From positions 7,378-71,377 of the forward strand of contig CALUXW010000004.1 of assembly GCA_944324865.1 (NCBI GenBank): 64,000 nt of DNA, given 5' to 3'. The notes beneath the pieces were generated by a model. It was not told the origin of the DNA, ran no database searches, and saw only the letters and a program-made list of their open reading frames with translations. The translations under genes and the position numbers were made by a program. Shown here piece by piece: positions 9,311 through 19,145 of the stretch. Positions within the stretch are counted from its first letter, which is position 1. Every line of letters begins with the position of its first letter. This DNA is from Candidatus Gastranaerophilales bacterium (lineage in GTDB: Bacteria > Cyanobacteriota > Vampirovibrionia > Gastranaerophilales > Gastranaerophilaceae).

Positions 9311-10850
9311 CAACATTACCAAGTCTATCCATAATATTTGCCGCATCTTCATAATTTTGCGCACAAAGTTGGTATGTTTCATAATCATCATTATATTCAC
9401 CGAGAGATTTTACAGCATTTTTATAACTGTCAAGCGCAGCAAAGTCTTCACCAAGATACTCATAATTCCTACCTGCAATAGAATATGTCTTTGAAAGGAC
9501 AAGAGGATCCCCCAGCTCTTTAGCAGCCTCTATAGATAAACCGGCAAGCATTTGAGTACTCTCCAGATCATATCTGTCTGCAAACATAGATGACATTTCG
9601 CTTAATATTTTTGTCTGGCCTTTCAAGTTACTCGCCTCACCGCTATATGCAACCGCATCCTGATAATGTTCAAGAGCAGGTTCAAAATCAACATAATCAT
9701 CATAAATTCTTGCCATTCGTAAATGTGCTTGCGATTTTAAATTATCATCTTCACACTTAGTTGCCTCATAATAATCACGTAAGGCATAATTTACATAATC
9801 ATAATCATCAAAAATCTTTCCACGCTCAAAATGTAATGCAGCACGAAGATTTTTATTTGTTTCCGAATTTGCTTCACCAAGAGCATCATTTAATGTCTCA
9901 AGTGCAAGTGCAGGATCGTCATCAAGCACCAAATATGTTTTTGCATCTTTTAAAGATTTTGACAAAACTTTATCATGCTCATTTGCAATATAAGTCGACT
10001 TTTTAGTTTTTAACCGGTCTTGTACTGCTATTTCAGGCTCCTGCTGAACAATATCTTGCATTTGAAGTTCTTGCGAAGCAGGCTCAATCACCCTAAACTC
10101 AATAGTGTCGTCTTTTTTTGTTTGTGAAAACACTACGGGAGCATGTTGCTCAATTTGATTTTGTTCATTTAAAGCAGGTGAAGATTGTAAATCGAATACA
10201 GGTTCAACCTGCTCATTAACATAAATTGTATCCTCTTTTGGCAGTTCTCTGGCAAACGGTTGCAACCTTTCAAATTCTTCCTGGTTGCTGGGTAGCTCTT
10301 TTGCAATCTGAGCAGATTGAGGCACTCTTTTTTTATCGGGAATATCCAGTTGAAAATCAGGATTAATATGTGTGGAATCAGCCTTTAATTCTACCTTTTG
10401 TTTAAATAAGGCATCAATCCAACCTTCGACAACATTTTTGGGAGCATTACCATTTTTTTTTGATAATTCCTGATGAATATAAGCATCAGAAATTTTAGAT
10501 GCGTTTATCAGGTTAGAAAATATTATATCTCTGGACGGATTTGCCTTTTGGGATTCTTTTTCGACTAAAGAAAGATATGAATTAACCTCATTAGAAATAT
10601 CATCAGGAGCACCAATTGCTATAACAGTACTTTTAAAATCCGATACAATTTGAGAAATATTTACTGTATTTTTGGTGTAATCGATAGCGACTTTTGTTCC
10701 ATTAGGGAATTGTCTGTTATCACTACCATTGCTACCATTTTCATAAGACACTGGGGATTGTTTTTGATTTTGCGCATCAGCATTTGACAGTGAACTTGAC
10801 TGCCTTGGATTTTTATATGTAATATTTATTGGATGTATTGAATTGTACAA
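9231..10850 (-). CDS. hypothetical protein with a polar, low-complexity N-terminal half and a TPR-like helical-repeat C-terminal half
   Basis: 539-aa ORF. The start codon is TTG (10848-10850) with gggga upstream. The C-terminal half has repeated A..Y/F..A helical-pair signatures (LRAALHFERGKIF, AHLRMARIYDDY, ALEHYQDAVAY). No catalytic motif recognised. Confidence 0.6.
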   Translation of the reverse strand: MYNSIHPINITYKNPRQSSSLSNADAQNQKQSPVSYENGSNGSDNRQFPNGTKVAIDYTKNTVNISQIVSDFKSTVIAIGAPDDISNEVNSYLSLVEKESQKANPSRDIIFSNLINASKISDAYIHQELSKKNGNAPKNVVEGWIDALFKQKVELKADSTHINPDFQLDIPDKKRVPQSAQIAKELPSNQEEFERLQPFARELPKEDTIYVNEQVEPVFDLQSSPALNEQNQIEQHAPVVFSQTKKDDTIEFRVIEPASQELQMQDIVQQEPEIAVQDRLKTKKSTYIANEHDKVLSKSLKDAKTYLVLDDDPALALETLNDALGEANSETNKNLRAALHFERGKIFDDYDYVNYALRDYYEATKCEDDNLKSQAHLRMARIYDDYVDFEPALEHYQDAVAYSGEASNLKGQTKILSEMSSMFADRYDLESTQMLAGLSIEAAKELGDPLVLSKTYSIAGRNYEYLGEDFAALDSYKNAVKSLGEYNDDYETYQLCAQNYEDAANIMDRLGNVVKAESLLLKARQYRQRAQLEQLSEVV

Positions 10851-11052
10851 AATATATCCCCAATTTTGAACCTTATACTCCCATATTTAGTATAATAAAC
10901 TAATAGCAAAGAGTATTCATTCAAACGACCGAATTACACTAACAGTTTTAATTATTTTTATTTTGATTTCAAGTAAACATATAAATTTTTGTTAAAAAAT
11001 TTGTTGTTTATAAAAAAATATATGATAATAATATAAAAAAGAGGAATTAAAC

Positions 11053-11178
11053 ATGGCAGAATACGTTTTTAAAATGAAAAAAGGCGAAATAGAAATTGAG
11101 TTATCGTCTGATGATGCTGAATTTGTTGAACAACAGCTTGCAAAATGGCGTGAAGAAATATTGAAAAAACAAGGTTAA
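11053..11178 (+). CDS. small hypothetical protein (41 aa), not in the ORF track
   Basis: agagga SD 8 nt upstream of ATG 11053. Product MAEYVFKMKKGEIEIELSSDDAEFVEQQLAKWREEILKKQG, stop at 11176-11178, 4 nt before the next gene. It aligns without gaps to the N-terminus of that next gene. Confidence 0.35.
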   Translation: MAEYVFKMKKGEIEIELSSDDAEFVEQQLAKWREEILKKQG

Positions 11179-11182
11179 TTAA

Positions 11183-11848
11183 ATGAGTACATACCGTTTA
11201 AAAATTAAGTGTAATAATGCTCAACTCGAAGTTGTTGCAAAAAGTGGTGCTTTACTTGCATACGAATTAGATAGATATCTAGAAAGTTTTTTAAATAGAA
11301 AAATCGAAAGTGCACCTTATAGCTCACCTAAAGTTGCATATACTGAACAAACACAACAGCAGCAAGAATATAAACAAGTACAGCAAATGCAATATCAACA
11401 GCAAGTTACATATGCTGAACCTGTACAACAACAAGTCACATATACACAGCCTAATGTTAATACATTTACTGTTGAGCAAACCCCACCACAACCTCAGGCA
11501 GAACAACAAGCGTATACCAACACTGTACAACAAGATATTAATTCACACATACAGCAAGAAGCATATATTAGTCTTGCGGACTTTTTGAATTCAAATAAAA
11601 GTGGCGAAATATTTTCAGATTTTATTATAAGCGCATATTACATTAAAAGAGTTCTTAATATAAGTTGTTTTAGTGTAAAAATGCTAAATTCGAAATTTTA
11701 CCCCGCAACAGGCAAACTTGTTGATCTTTCAATAGTAGACGAAGCAAGAACACGTGGCTTCATAGAAACAAAAGAAGAAGATGGAACACTTAAATACAGT
11801 TTAAGTCCTGCGGGCGAATCTTATTTTATAAATCAATTACGCGGTTAA
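11183..11848 (+). CDS. hypothetical protein: N-terminal module, Q/P-rich linker, C-terminal winged-helix-like domain
   Basis: 221-aa ORF. The central region is QQQEYKQVQQMQYQQQVTYAEPVQQQVTYTQP. The C-terminal segment (FSDFIISAYYIKRVL...GFIETKEEDGTLKYSLSPAGESYF) resembles a MarR/wHTH fold. This call rests on pattern only. Confidence 0.55.
   Translation: MSTYRLKIKCNNAQLEVVAKSGALLAYELDRYLESFLNRKIESAPYSSPKVAYTEQTQQQQEYKQVQQMQYQQQVTYAEPVQQQVTYTQPNVNTFTVEQTPPQPQAEQQAYTNTVQQDINSHIQQEAYISLADFLNSNKSGEIFSDFIISAYYIKRVLNISCFSVKMLNSKFYPATGKLVDLSIVDEARTRGFIETKEEDGTLKYSLSPAGESYFINQLRG
11396..11455 (+). repeat. two-copy imperfect 30-nt tandem repeat inside the Q-rich linker
   Basis: caacagcaagttacatatgctgaacctgta is followed directly by caacaacaagtcacatatacacagcctaat. 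About 21 of 30 positions are identical, encoding QQQVTYAEPV and QQQVTYTQPN. Confidence 0.6.
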
Positions 11849-11849
11849 A

Positions 11850-12425
11850 ATGAACTATATATGGCTTTTTTTAATAATCGTATCTTTTATTTTTGCGACA
11901 ATAAACGGAAAAATGCCTGATGTAATTAATGCTTTATTAAAATCGTCGCAAGATGCAGTTTCTATAGCTTTTTCACTTATTGGTATAATGGCTTTTTGGC
12001 TTGGAATGGTTAAAATTGCACAAAAATCAGGATTAATTAAAGCTTTTTCAAAAGCTATATCACCAATTTTTGGCTTTATTTTCAAAGACGTAAAAAAGGA
12101 CTCTGAAGCATTTTCAAACATTGCATTAAATTTTAGTGCAAATACTCTCGGGCTTACAAATGCAGCAACTCCATTTGGAATAAAAGCAATGGAAGAGCTG
12201 CAAAAAGAAAATTTAGCTGACAAAAAAGTTGCAACAAATTCAATGTGCACATTGCTTGCAATGAATACAGCGGGTTTTCAGCTCGTTCCGGCATCAGTTT
12301 TGGCTATATTAACTGCAGCCGGGGCAAAAAACCCTACCGAAATAATCTTACCTGTTTTAATTGTTACGACAATTTCGTTTATCAGTGCAATTATTATTTC
12401 AAAAATTTTAGAGAAGGTGTTTTAA
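11850..12425 (+). CDS. spmA: nucleoside-recognition-domain membrane protein (spore maturation protein A family)
   Basis: Multi-TM 191-aa protein paired with an SpmB-like gene. Contains the LGLTNAATPFGIKAM motif typical of the Gate/SpmA family. Confidence 0.75.
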   Translation: MNYIWLFLIIVSFIFATINGKMPDVINALLKSSQDAVSIAFSLIGIMAFWLGMVKIAQKSGLIKAFSKAISPIFGFIFKDVKKDSEAFSNIALNFSANTLGLTNAATPFGIKAMEELQKENLADKKVATNSMCTLLAMNTAGFQLVPASVLAILTAAGAKNPTEIILPVLIVTTISFISAIIISKILEKVF

Positions 12426-12962
12426 ATGAAAGAAGTATTAAGCACTATCTCTATATGGATTTTACCGATTATTATAAGTATAATTTTAATTTATGGTACG
12501 TACAAAAAAACTCCTTTGTATGAAGATTTTTGTGACGGAGCAAAAGAAGGTTTTTGGATAGCAATCAAAATACTTCCATATCTTGTAGCCATAATGGTAG
12601 CAGTATCAGTATTTAGAGCATCAGGAGCGTTAGAATTTATATATAATTCTTTAAAAACACCACTGGATTTTTTAAAAATTCCTGCAGATACTTTAGCTTT
12701 AATGATAACACGTTCACTCTCAGGAAGTGCAACTCTTGGACTTTTTAGTGAAATAGTTAGCACGCATGGTGCAGACTCATATGCTGCAAAATTGAGTGCA
12801 ATAATAACAGGCAGTTCTGAAACAACTTTTTATGTAATCGCAGTATATTTTGGATCAATAGGAATAAAAAAATTCCGACATGCAATACTTACCGGAATAA
12901 TGGCAGATATCATTGGCGTTATTTGTGCTATTATTGTTTCAAGGTTTTTCTTTTATTCATAA
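12426..12962 (+). CDS. spmB: spore maturation protein B family membrane protein
   Basis: 178-aa multi-TM protein immediately after spmA (TAAATG junction). Carries the SGSATLGLF motif. Confidence 0.75.
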   Translation: MKEVLSTISIWILPIIISIILIYGTYKKTPLYEDFCDGAKEGFWIAIKILPYLVAIMVAVSVFRASGALEFIYNSLKTPLDFLKIPADTLALMITRSLSGSATLGLFSEIVSTHGADSYAAKLSAIITGSSETTFYVIAVYFGSIGIKKFRHAILTGIMADIIGVICAIIVSRFFFYS

Positions 12963-13480
12963 TAACCGATATATGGCAAGTTCCTATATAACTCCAGATA
13001 GTCTAATCCAAATCCAACAATAAATTTATCATCAACATCAAATGCATAAAAGTCAGGCTTTAGGGGAAACTTTCTCGCACACTTTTTATCAAACATAACA
13101 GCAAGTTTTACTTCTTTTGCTCTACATTTAGAGCGTATAAAATCTAACAAAAAATTAAGTGTCAAACCCGTATCCATAATATCTTCCACAACAAGGACAT
13201 TTTTATTTTCAAGTGGTGGCAATGATAAATTCAAGGCTGAAACTTTTCCGGAAGATTTTTGTGCATCGCCATAACTTGAAAGACTGACAAACTCCATTTT
13301 AAGTGGCATTTTTAAATGTTTTGCAAGTTCACAGAAAAACATCACAGCTCCCTTTAAAACGCAAATAATTGTCAACTCGTCCTCATTTCCATAATAATTG
13401 TTTATTTCATCTGCAAGCCCTTTAATTCTATTGTTTAAGGTTTTTTCATCAATTAAAACTTTTAATTTTTTATCAGTCAT
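12953..13480 (-). CDS. hpt: hypoxanthine phosphoribosyltransferase
   Basis: PRPP-binding motif VLVVEDIMDTGLTL. Start moved to ATG 13480, with ggag upstream inside the tilS tail. Classical tilS-hpt pairing. Confidence 0.9.
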   Translation of the reverse strand: MTDKKLKVLIDEKTLNNRIKGLADEINNYYGNEDELTIICVLKGAVMFFCELAKHLKMPLKMEFVSLSSYGDAQKSSGKVSALNLSLPPLENKNVLVVEDIMDTGLTLNFLLDFIRSKCRAKEVKLAVMFDKKCARKFPLKPDFYAFDVDDKFIVGFGLDYLELYRNLPYIGYYE

Positions 13481-13482
13481 AT

Positions 13483-14799
13483 TTACTCCACAGCTATTAT
13501 TTGATAACAATTATCAGTATTACAAACTGCAACTTTTTGGCTTATTTGCAAACCCACTATACATAAGATTTCATTACCCTTTGCCAATAATAACAAATTA
13601 TCTCTAATTTGTCGCGGTATTTTTTTATTTATCAGGTAACTCTTTAATTTCATTTTACCTGATTTCATACCAAAAGGACAAAAAACATCTCCATCACGTC
13701 TGGTCCTTAAGACAATAGGCTCATCAAATGAAAGATTTAAATATTGTCCGTTTTTATAATCATTAATTTTACAAACTTTTTTAATAACTATTTTTTTATC
13801 ACAAAAGTTATATTCACCCTCTTTGTTTACTATTAAGACAGTATCATTTTTTTGAATTTGAGACGTTTTAAAAATATAACCATTTGAAATTTCTAAAAAT
13901 AGATTTTTATTAATCGATTTTTTAGCATTTTTGTTATGTTTTTTTTCAATAAACTCAACATATGATTTTATTCTTTTAAAATCACGAAATTTTAAATCGC
14001 TGCCTATAAAATCATTTATTATTTCATATTTAAAAGCTAAATTTAAATTTAGAAATTTACTTAAGATAATTTTATCTTTATAAAAAATATCTTTTTTTAT
14101 TTTTTCAAGTATTTCCAAAACAGTCAAATAATGCATATTCGCAAGATTTGCCAAATTATTCAAGGCGCAAATAACATCAGGGTTAATTTCTTTTGCCAAA
14201 GGAATAATTTCTTTTCTTATAAAATTTCTTTTGTATTTAATATCATTATTTGAACTGTCAAATACATATTTTAAATTATTTTTTTTTGCATACTTTTCAA
14301 TTTTCTCACGCCCTATATTAAGCAGGGGTCTATAAAAAATACCTCTTTTTTTTGGTATTGAGCAAAGCCCTTTTAAGCCTGTTCCCTTGAAAACTCTATA
14401 CAAAAGGGTTTCTGCATTATCATTTTTATTGTGTGCCAGGAATATATATTCAGAATTAAATTTTTTTGCACATTTTTCAAAAAAGGCATAACGTGCCTCT
14501 CTTGCATCAGACTCTGTTTTTTTGTACTTATTTGAAAGTTTCTCACTATAAAATTGAATACCCAAACTATTTGCAAACTCTTTTGCATATTTTTCATCAC
14601 GCAAAGACTCCCCGGCACGCCAGTTATGGTTTAAATGTATTGCAACAACATCAAATTTTAAAACACTTAAAACGTGCAATAAAACAATACTATCGCAACC
14701 ACCTGAGAGTGCAACTAAAATTTTACCATTGATTTTATACTGTTTTATAAATTCATCTACATTTTTAACAATATCACACATTTTCTGCACCGCTAGCAT
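13483..14799 (-). CDS. tilS: tRNA(Ile)-lysidine synthase
   Basis: PP-loop LVALSGGCDSIVLLH and HLNHNWR motif, 438 aa. An alternative start at 14781 (MCDIV...) is possible. Confidence 0.9.
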   Translation of the reverse strand: MLAVQKMCDIVKNVDEFIKQYKINGKILVALSGGCDSIVLLHVLSVLKFDVVAIHLNHNWRAGESLRDEKYAKEFANSLGIQFYSEKLSNKYKKTESDAREARYAFFEKCAKKFNSEYIFLAHNKNDNAETLLYRVFKGTGLKGLCSIPKKRGIFYRPLLNIGREKIEKYAKKNNLKYVFDSSNNDIKYKRNFIRKEIIPLAKEINPDVICALNNLANLANMHYLTVLEILEKIKKDIFYKDKIILSKFLNLNLAFKYEIINDFIGSDLKFRDFKRIKSYVEFIEKKHNKNAKKSINKNLFLEISNGYIFKTSQIQKNDTVLIVNKEGEYNFCDKKIVIKKVCKINDYKNGQYLNLSFDEPIVLRTRRDGDVFCPFGMKSGKMKLKSYLINKKIPRQIRDNLLLLAKGNEILCIVGLQISQKVAVCNTDNCYQIIAVE

Positions 14800-15676
14800 T
14801 TTTTACCAGTTTTTTAGCAAAATTAAATGCATCAGTCTTATCTAAATCCGAAACAGATTTTCTTGCATAAGTACCAAATGCGACGGCCAATGGATTAATT
14901 GAAAGTTTGTCACAAAGTTTTCGTGTGTATTCATTTGTACCGCCGCTTAAAATAATTCTTTTTTCATTTATACCAAGATTTTTTAATGCAAGCGCAAAAG
15001 CAACACATTCTATTGTTGATGAAAGTTCTTTATTTGCGCCATTCATCGAATTGCCGTCAGCTTGTATATAAAAAGCTTTGTTTTCTTTTGTAATTTCTTC
15101 AGCTTTTTTAATAATATAAAGAACATCTTGTGTAGAAAAATATTTGCGTGACACACAAAGACTTATTTCACCTTTAAACTTTTTGCATAACTTTTTTATT
15201 TTTTTAAGAACAAGATTTTTATCTGAAATACAAGCATGCAACTCGACACAGTCTAGTTTTAAATTTGATTTTATATTTTTTTTAAATTGTTCATAATAAT
15301 CTGTTTTATCATAAAATTTAATAGCATCAAATGAACAAAACCTTCTGCAAATTCCACAACCAATACACTTATTTTCATTAACTGTAAAATCAACAATAGC
15401 ATTCTGTGGGCATTTTATAATACATTTGGCACATTTTTTACACTTTTGTTGCAAAATTTTTGCTTTTTTACCATGAATATCTCCTTGAATTGGAATTGAA
15501 ATGCAATATTTATAATCATTTGGATTTAAATTTTCCTCAATAATTGCTTCGTTTAGTACACCAAGCGCAAAAGGAGAGACATCAAACATCCAAGCCCCTG
15601 CTTTTGCATAAAGCTTAACAAGGGCTTTTATATTTTCTAAATCAGAATTTCCTAGTCCACAAATTAATTTAAACAT
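14774..15676 (-). CDS. 4Fe-4S dicluster protein, LdpA-like family
   Basis: Two CxxCxxCxxxC ferredoxin motifs (CKKCAKCIIKCP, CIGCGICRRFC). Also N-terminal FKLICGLGN...AKAGAWMFDVS and C-terminal IQADGNSMNG / LSGGTNEYT, which I recall as hallmarks of cyanobacterial LdpA-type Fe-S proteins. Family assignment is from memory, not from a search. Confidence 0.6.
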   Translation of the reverse strand: MFKLICGLGNSDLENIKALVKLYAKAGAWMFDVSPFALGVLNEAIIEENLNPNDYKYCISIPIQGDIHGKKAKILQQKCKKCAKCIIKCPQNAIVDFTVNENKCIGCGICRRFCSFDAIKFYDKTDYYEQFKKNIKSNLKLDCVELHACISDKNLVLKKIKKLCKKFKGEISLCVSRKYFSTQDVLYIIKKAEEITKENKAFYIQADGNSMNGANKELSSTIECVAFALALKNLGINEKRIILSGGTNEYTRKLCDKLSINPLAVAFGTYARKSVSDLDKTDAFNFAKKLVKNASGAENV

Positions 15677-16935
15677 TAAACAGGTAAATCACCTTTAACA
15701 TCTGCAACTGCATCACCGTCTAGCTCAAAAACATTACATAGCGATACAATTGCATCTTTTGCATGGCATTTTTCAACTAAACAACTTATTTTTATTTCAG
15801 ATGTTGAAATCATCTTAATATTTATTCCTAATTTAGCAAGTGTTTCAAACATTTTTGCTGCAATACCCGGCCTGTCAATCATTCCTGCACCCACTATTGA
15901 AACTTTTGCAATATCTTCATCCAAATGAATATTGCTAGGGTTCATTATTTTTTTAATTTCGGGCAGGACAGTGTCAAATTTTGGAATATCATTTTTATCA
16001 ATGGTAAAGGCAATATCATTTGTATTATTTGAGCTCCTTGCATAAGATTGAATAATCATATCCACACTTAAACCACAATCTGCAAGTAAGCTGAAAAGTT
16101 TTCCGGCATTACCAGGTTTGTCTTGAACATCGCAAATAACTATCCTGACTTGAGAACTATCACAAGCAAGTCCTGTAACAGGTTTATGTAATTCCATTTT
16201 ATCTACTCCTATTATTAATGTTCCTAAATCGTCAAGCTTAAAAGAGCTACGCACACGCATTGGCACATCACATAATTTAGCAGTTTCAACAGAACGAGGG
16301 TGCAGAACATTTGCGCCCACACGTGCCAATTCAAGCATTTCTTCATAAGATATAACATTTAATTTTTGTGCTGTCGGTACAACTCTCGGATCGGTAGTGT
16401 AAACACCTTCAACATCAGAATATATATCGCATCTGTCCGCCTTAAATGCAGCAGCAAGCGCCACAGCAGAAGTATCCGAGCCACCCCTGCCAAGTGTAGT
16501 TATTTCGCCTTCTGATGTTATACCTTGAAAACCGGCTATTATTACAATTTCATTATTATCAAGATGTTTTTTTACTCTTTGATGTTTAATATCAATAATT
16601 CTCGCCCTACAATGGTTAGGTTCGGTTATAATCCCAACTTGCATTGCATTTAAACTAACTGCTTTATGACCCTTTTCATTGATTGCCATAGCAAGCAAAG
16701 ACATTGAAACCTGTTCTCCGGTTGATAAAAGCATATCCATTTCACGCTCTGGCGGGGCTAATGAAATTTCTTTTGACAACTTAATTAAATTATCTGTTGT
16801 ATGTCCCATTGCAGAAACAACTACTATAACTTTATTACCTTTTAACTTCTCATTTATTACTGCATCTGCCACATTTTTTATTTTATCTGCATCTGCTACC
16901 GACGTTCCGCCAAATTTTTGAACTACAATTCCCAT
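15676..16935 (-). CDS. lysC: aspartate kinase
   Basis: VQKFGGTSVAD, GRGGSDTSA and C-terminal ACT-domain repeats. 419 aa. Confidence 0.95.
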   Translation of the reverse strand: MGIVVQKFGGTSVADADKIKNVADAVINEKLKGNKVIVVVSAMGHTTDNLIKLSKEISLAPPEREMDMLLSTGEQVSMSLLAMAINEKGHKAVSLNAMQVGIITEPNHCRARIIDIKHQRVKKHLDNNEIVIIAGFQGITSEGEITTLGRGGSDTSAVALAAAFKADRCDIYSDVEGVYTTDPRVVPTAQKLNVISYEEMLELARVGANVLHPRSVETAKLCDVPMRVRSSFKLDDLGTLIIGVDKMELHKPVTGLACDSSQVRIVICDVQDKPGNAGKLFSLLADCGLSVDMIIQSYARSSNNTNDIAFTIDKNDIPKFDTVLPEIKKIMNPSNIHLDEDIAKVSIVGAGMIDRPGIAAKMFETLAKLGINIKMISTSEIKISCLVEKCHAKDAIVSLCNVFELDGDAVADVKGDLPV

Positions 16936-16937
16936 TT

Positions 16938-18650
16938 TTATCCTTTACAATTTGTGTTGCTTTGCTTCTTTTTATATTCTTCTTTAACACTTTGCACCCA
17001 TGCATCTTCACCCGATGCAGTCAATATTTTATCACAAAGTTCAATTATTTGTTCAACCATATAATTATTATGTTCTGTTTCGTCAATTTTTAAATACGCA
17101 AGCAGATTTAATAACATAAATTCTTTTTTATCACAGAATTTATCTCTTAATTTTTCAAGCTCCATCATGCCTTCTTTTGGCTTGTTTGTCTTAATTAGAC
17201 ACTCAATAAAGGCAAACTTTGCAATTGTATATTCGGGATTTATTTTTAAAACTTCCTCGAATTTTTCTCTTGCATCATAAATATCCCCATCTTTCATTAA
17301 TACGGTTGCATATGTCATAATTACATCAGGGTTACTTTTATCGATAGTATATGCCTTTCTTGCCCTCCTGAGGGCAAGGACATTATTTCCTAATTTTGAA
17401 TATATATTAGCAAGATTCATAAGTGCTGCAATATTATTATTATCATATTCAACTGACTTTTCCCAATATTGAATAGCTTTTTCATTGTCTCCTTTAAGCT
17501 GGTAAGCATTAGCAATATTAAAATAAGTATTTACAAGTTTTGCATTTGAACTTAGTGCTTTTTTGTACCATTCTATTGCATCGTCATACATTTCATTTTT
17601 TAAGTACATTTGCGCAAGATTGTACATAGACACAGTATGTTTTGGATTAAGTTCCAAAACACGTTTAAGTTCATTTTGGGCCTGTTCATCCATTTCCAGT
17701 TTTAAATAAGAAAGACTTAGCCCATGGTGCGCAAGGAAATTTGTTTCATCCAAATCGATCGCAGATTTAAAAACAGAGATTGCCTCTTCCCACATATCAA
17801 AAGTCTGACAAGCAACTCCTTTTGAATATAAAAGCTGATATGAGACAAGTCCTGCTTTCTTTGCTTCTTCGTATGTTCTAAAGCACTCATCCTTGTTTTT
17901 TAATTCCATATAACTTTTTGCAATAATAACAAAATTTTCAATTTTTGTGGGGCTTGCACTTCTCGATTTTTTTGCGTAATTAATAGCAAGCTCGTAATTT
18001 TTTAACTGAAAAGAACAATAAGCCAAGTGATATAGAGCTTCTGAATGAAAAGGAGATGCACTAACCGCAAGCTTAAACATTTGTATTGCATCTTCATAGT
18101 TTTCCATTTGCGAATAAATAATACCAGATAAAAAAGCACTTTGGGCTTCTCTGGGGTTACAGGCATATGCATTTTTAAAACTATATAATGCTTCTTGAGC
18201 TTCACCAATTTTTGCAAAAAATATGCCTTGATTTAAATATGTTTGAAAACTTCTTTTGTCATATTTCAACGATATTTTAAATGCTTTTTTTGCTTCTTTG
18301 TTATTGCCCATCTCACCTTGCGCACTAGCTAAAAGCGCCCATGCTTTTGCACATGTTTCATCGGTTTTAATTGCTTTTCTAAAATATTTACTGGCCTGTT
18401 CATACTCACCTTTTTTCGCAAAAATTATACCGAGATTAACAAAGGCTTCCGGTGTCTTATTGACCATCTGTGCACTGAGATTAAATTTTTCTAGTGCCTC
18501 AGCTTCTTTTCCCGATTCTGCAAGTTCAACTCCCCAATTTACATAAGCACGCGAAGGTAGTGAAACTTCTTTGCCTACATTTTTATAATCATTTACAAAG
18601 GAGTTAAGCTTATTAACCTGTCTTGCTAATTTTTGAAAAAATTTAAACAT
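16938..18650 (-). CDS. tetratricopeptide (TPR) repeat protein
   Basis: 570 aa made almost entirely of 34-residue A..Y...G....A...F..A repeats. Confidence 0.8.
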   Translation of the reverse strand: MFKFFQKLARQVNKLNSFVNDYKNVGKEVSLPSRAYVNWGVELAESGKEAEALEKFNLSAQMVNKTPEAFVNLGIIFAKKGEYEQASKYFRKAIKTDETCAKAWALLASAQGEMGNNKEAKKAFKISLKYDKRSFQTYLNQGIFFAKIGEAQEALYSFKNAYACNPREAQSAFLSGIIYSQMENYEDAIQMFKLAVSASPFHSEALYHLAYCSFQLKNYELAINYAKKSRSASPTKIENFVIIAKSYMELKNKDECFRTYEEAKKAGLVSYQLLYSKGVACQTFDMWEEAISVFKSAIDLDETNFLAHHGLSLSYLKLEMDEQAQNELKRVLELNPKHTVSMYNLAQMYLKNEMYDDAIEWYKKALSSNAKLVNTYFNIANAYQLKGDNEKAIQYWEKSVEYDNNNIAALMNLANIYSKLGNNVLALRRARKAYTIDKSNPDVIMTYATVLMKDGDIYDAREKFEEVLKINPEYTIAKFAFIECLIKTNKPKEGMMELEKLRDKFCDKKEFMLLNLLAYLKIDETEHNNYMVEQIIELCDKILTASGEDAWVQSVKEEYKKKQSNTNCKG

Positions 18651-18663
18651 TACAATAATTTTA

Positions 18664-19143
18664 CTATGAATTTAAAAGGTCTTCAACAACTTCACGAAAC
18701 GCTCCATTTCCGCCAAAATTTTTAGTAATCTGTATATCAGCTCTCATTTTTAAAATCGGATTTGCATTTTGCGGTGCAATTTTATATTTTACACACTCAA
18801 ATGCAGCAATGTCATTAACATCATCGCCAATATACAAAACTTCATCAGCATTTAATGAATATTTATGCATAATTTCAGTTAAAACTATGCCTTTTTGTCT
18901 CACACCGCCATGAATTTCATCCACACTAAATTTATTTTTAAAATAATTTAAGATATTTGATGTTTCTCCTGATATTATCGCAAATTTAAAGTCTGCTTTT
19001 AATAATCTTGAAACACCCATAATATCTGAAAAATTTATTTTTTTGACTTGTTTTAAATCTTCATCCAAATACACTGATCCATCCGTAAATACACCATCAA
19101 AATCAGAAGCAACCAATTTTATATTTTTTGACAATTCCAACAT
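18664..19143 (-). CDS. HAD-IIIA phosphatase, KdsC/YrbI family (3-deoxy-sugar-phosphate phosphatase)
   Basis: DFDGVFTDG nucleophile motif, YIGDDVNDI motif, GGNGAFRE tail, about 160 aa. Sits next to a NeuB-family synthase. Confidence 0.8.
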   Translation of the reverse strand: MLELSKNIKLVASDFDGVFTDGSVYLDEDLKQVKKINFSDIMGVSRLLKADFKFAIISGETSNILNYFKNKFSVDEIHGGVRQKGIVLTEIMHKYSLNADEVLYIGDDVNDIAAFECVKYKIAPQNANPILKMRADIQITKNFGGNGAFREVVEDLLNS

Positions 19144-19145
19144 TT

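Noticed and set aside
11310-11588. Alternative-frame ORFs across the Q-rich region (11310-11588 on the plus strand, 11324-11533 on the minus strand).
   Set aside because: They arise from the CAA/CAG-rich repeat. The 11183-11848 frame has an SD-coupled start and a structured C-terminal domain.
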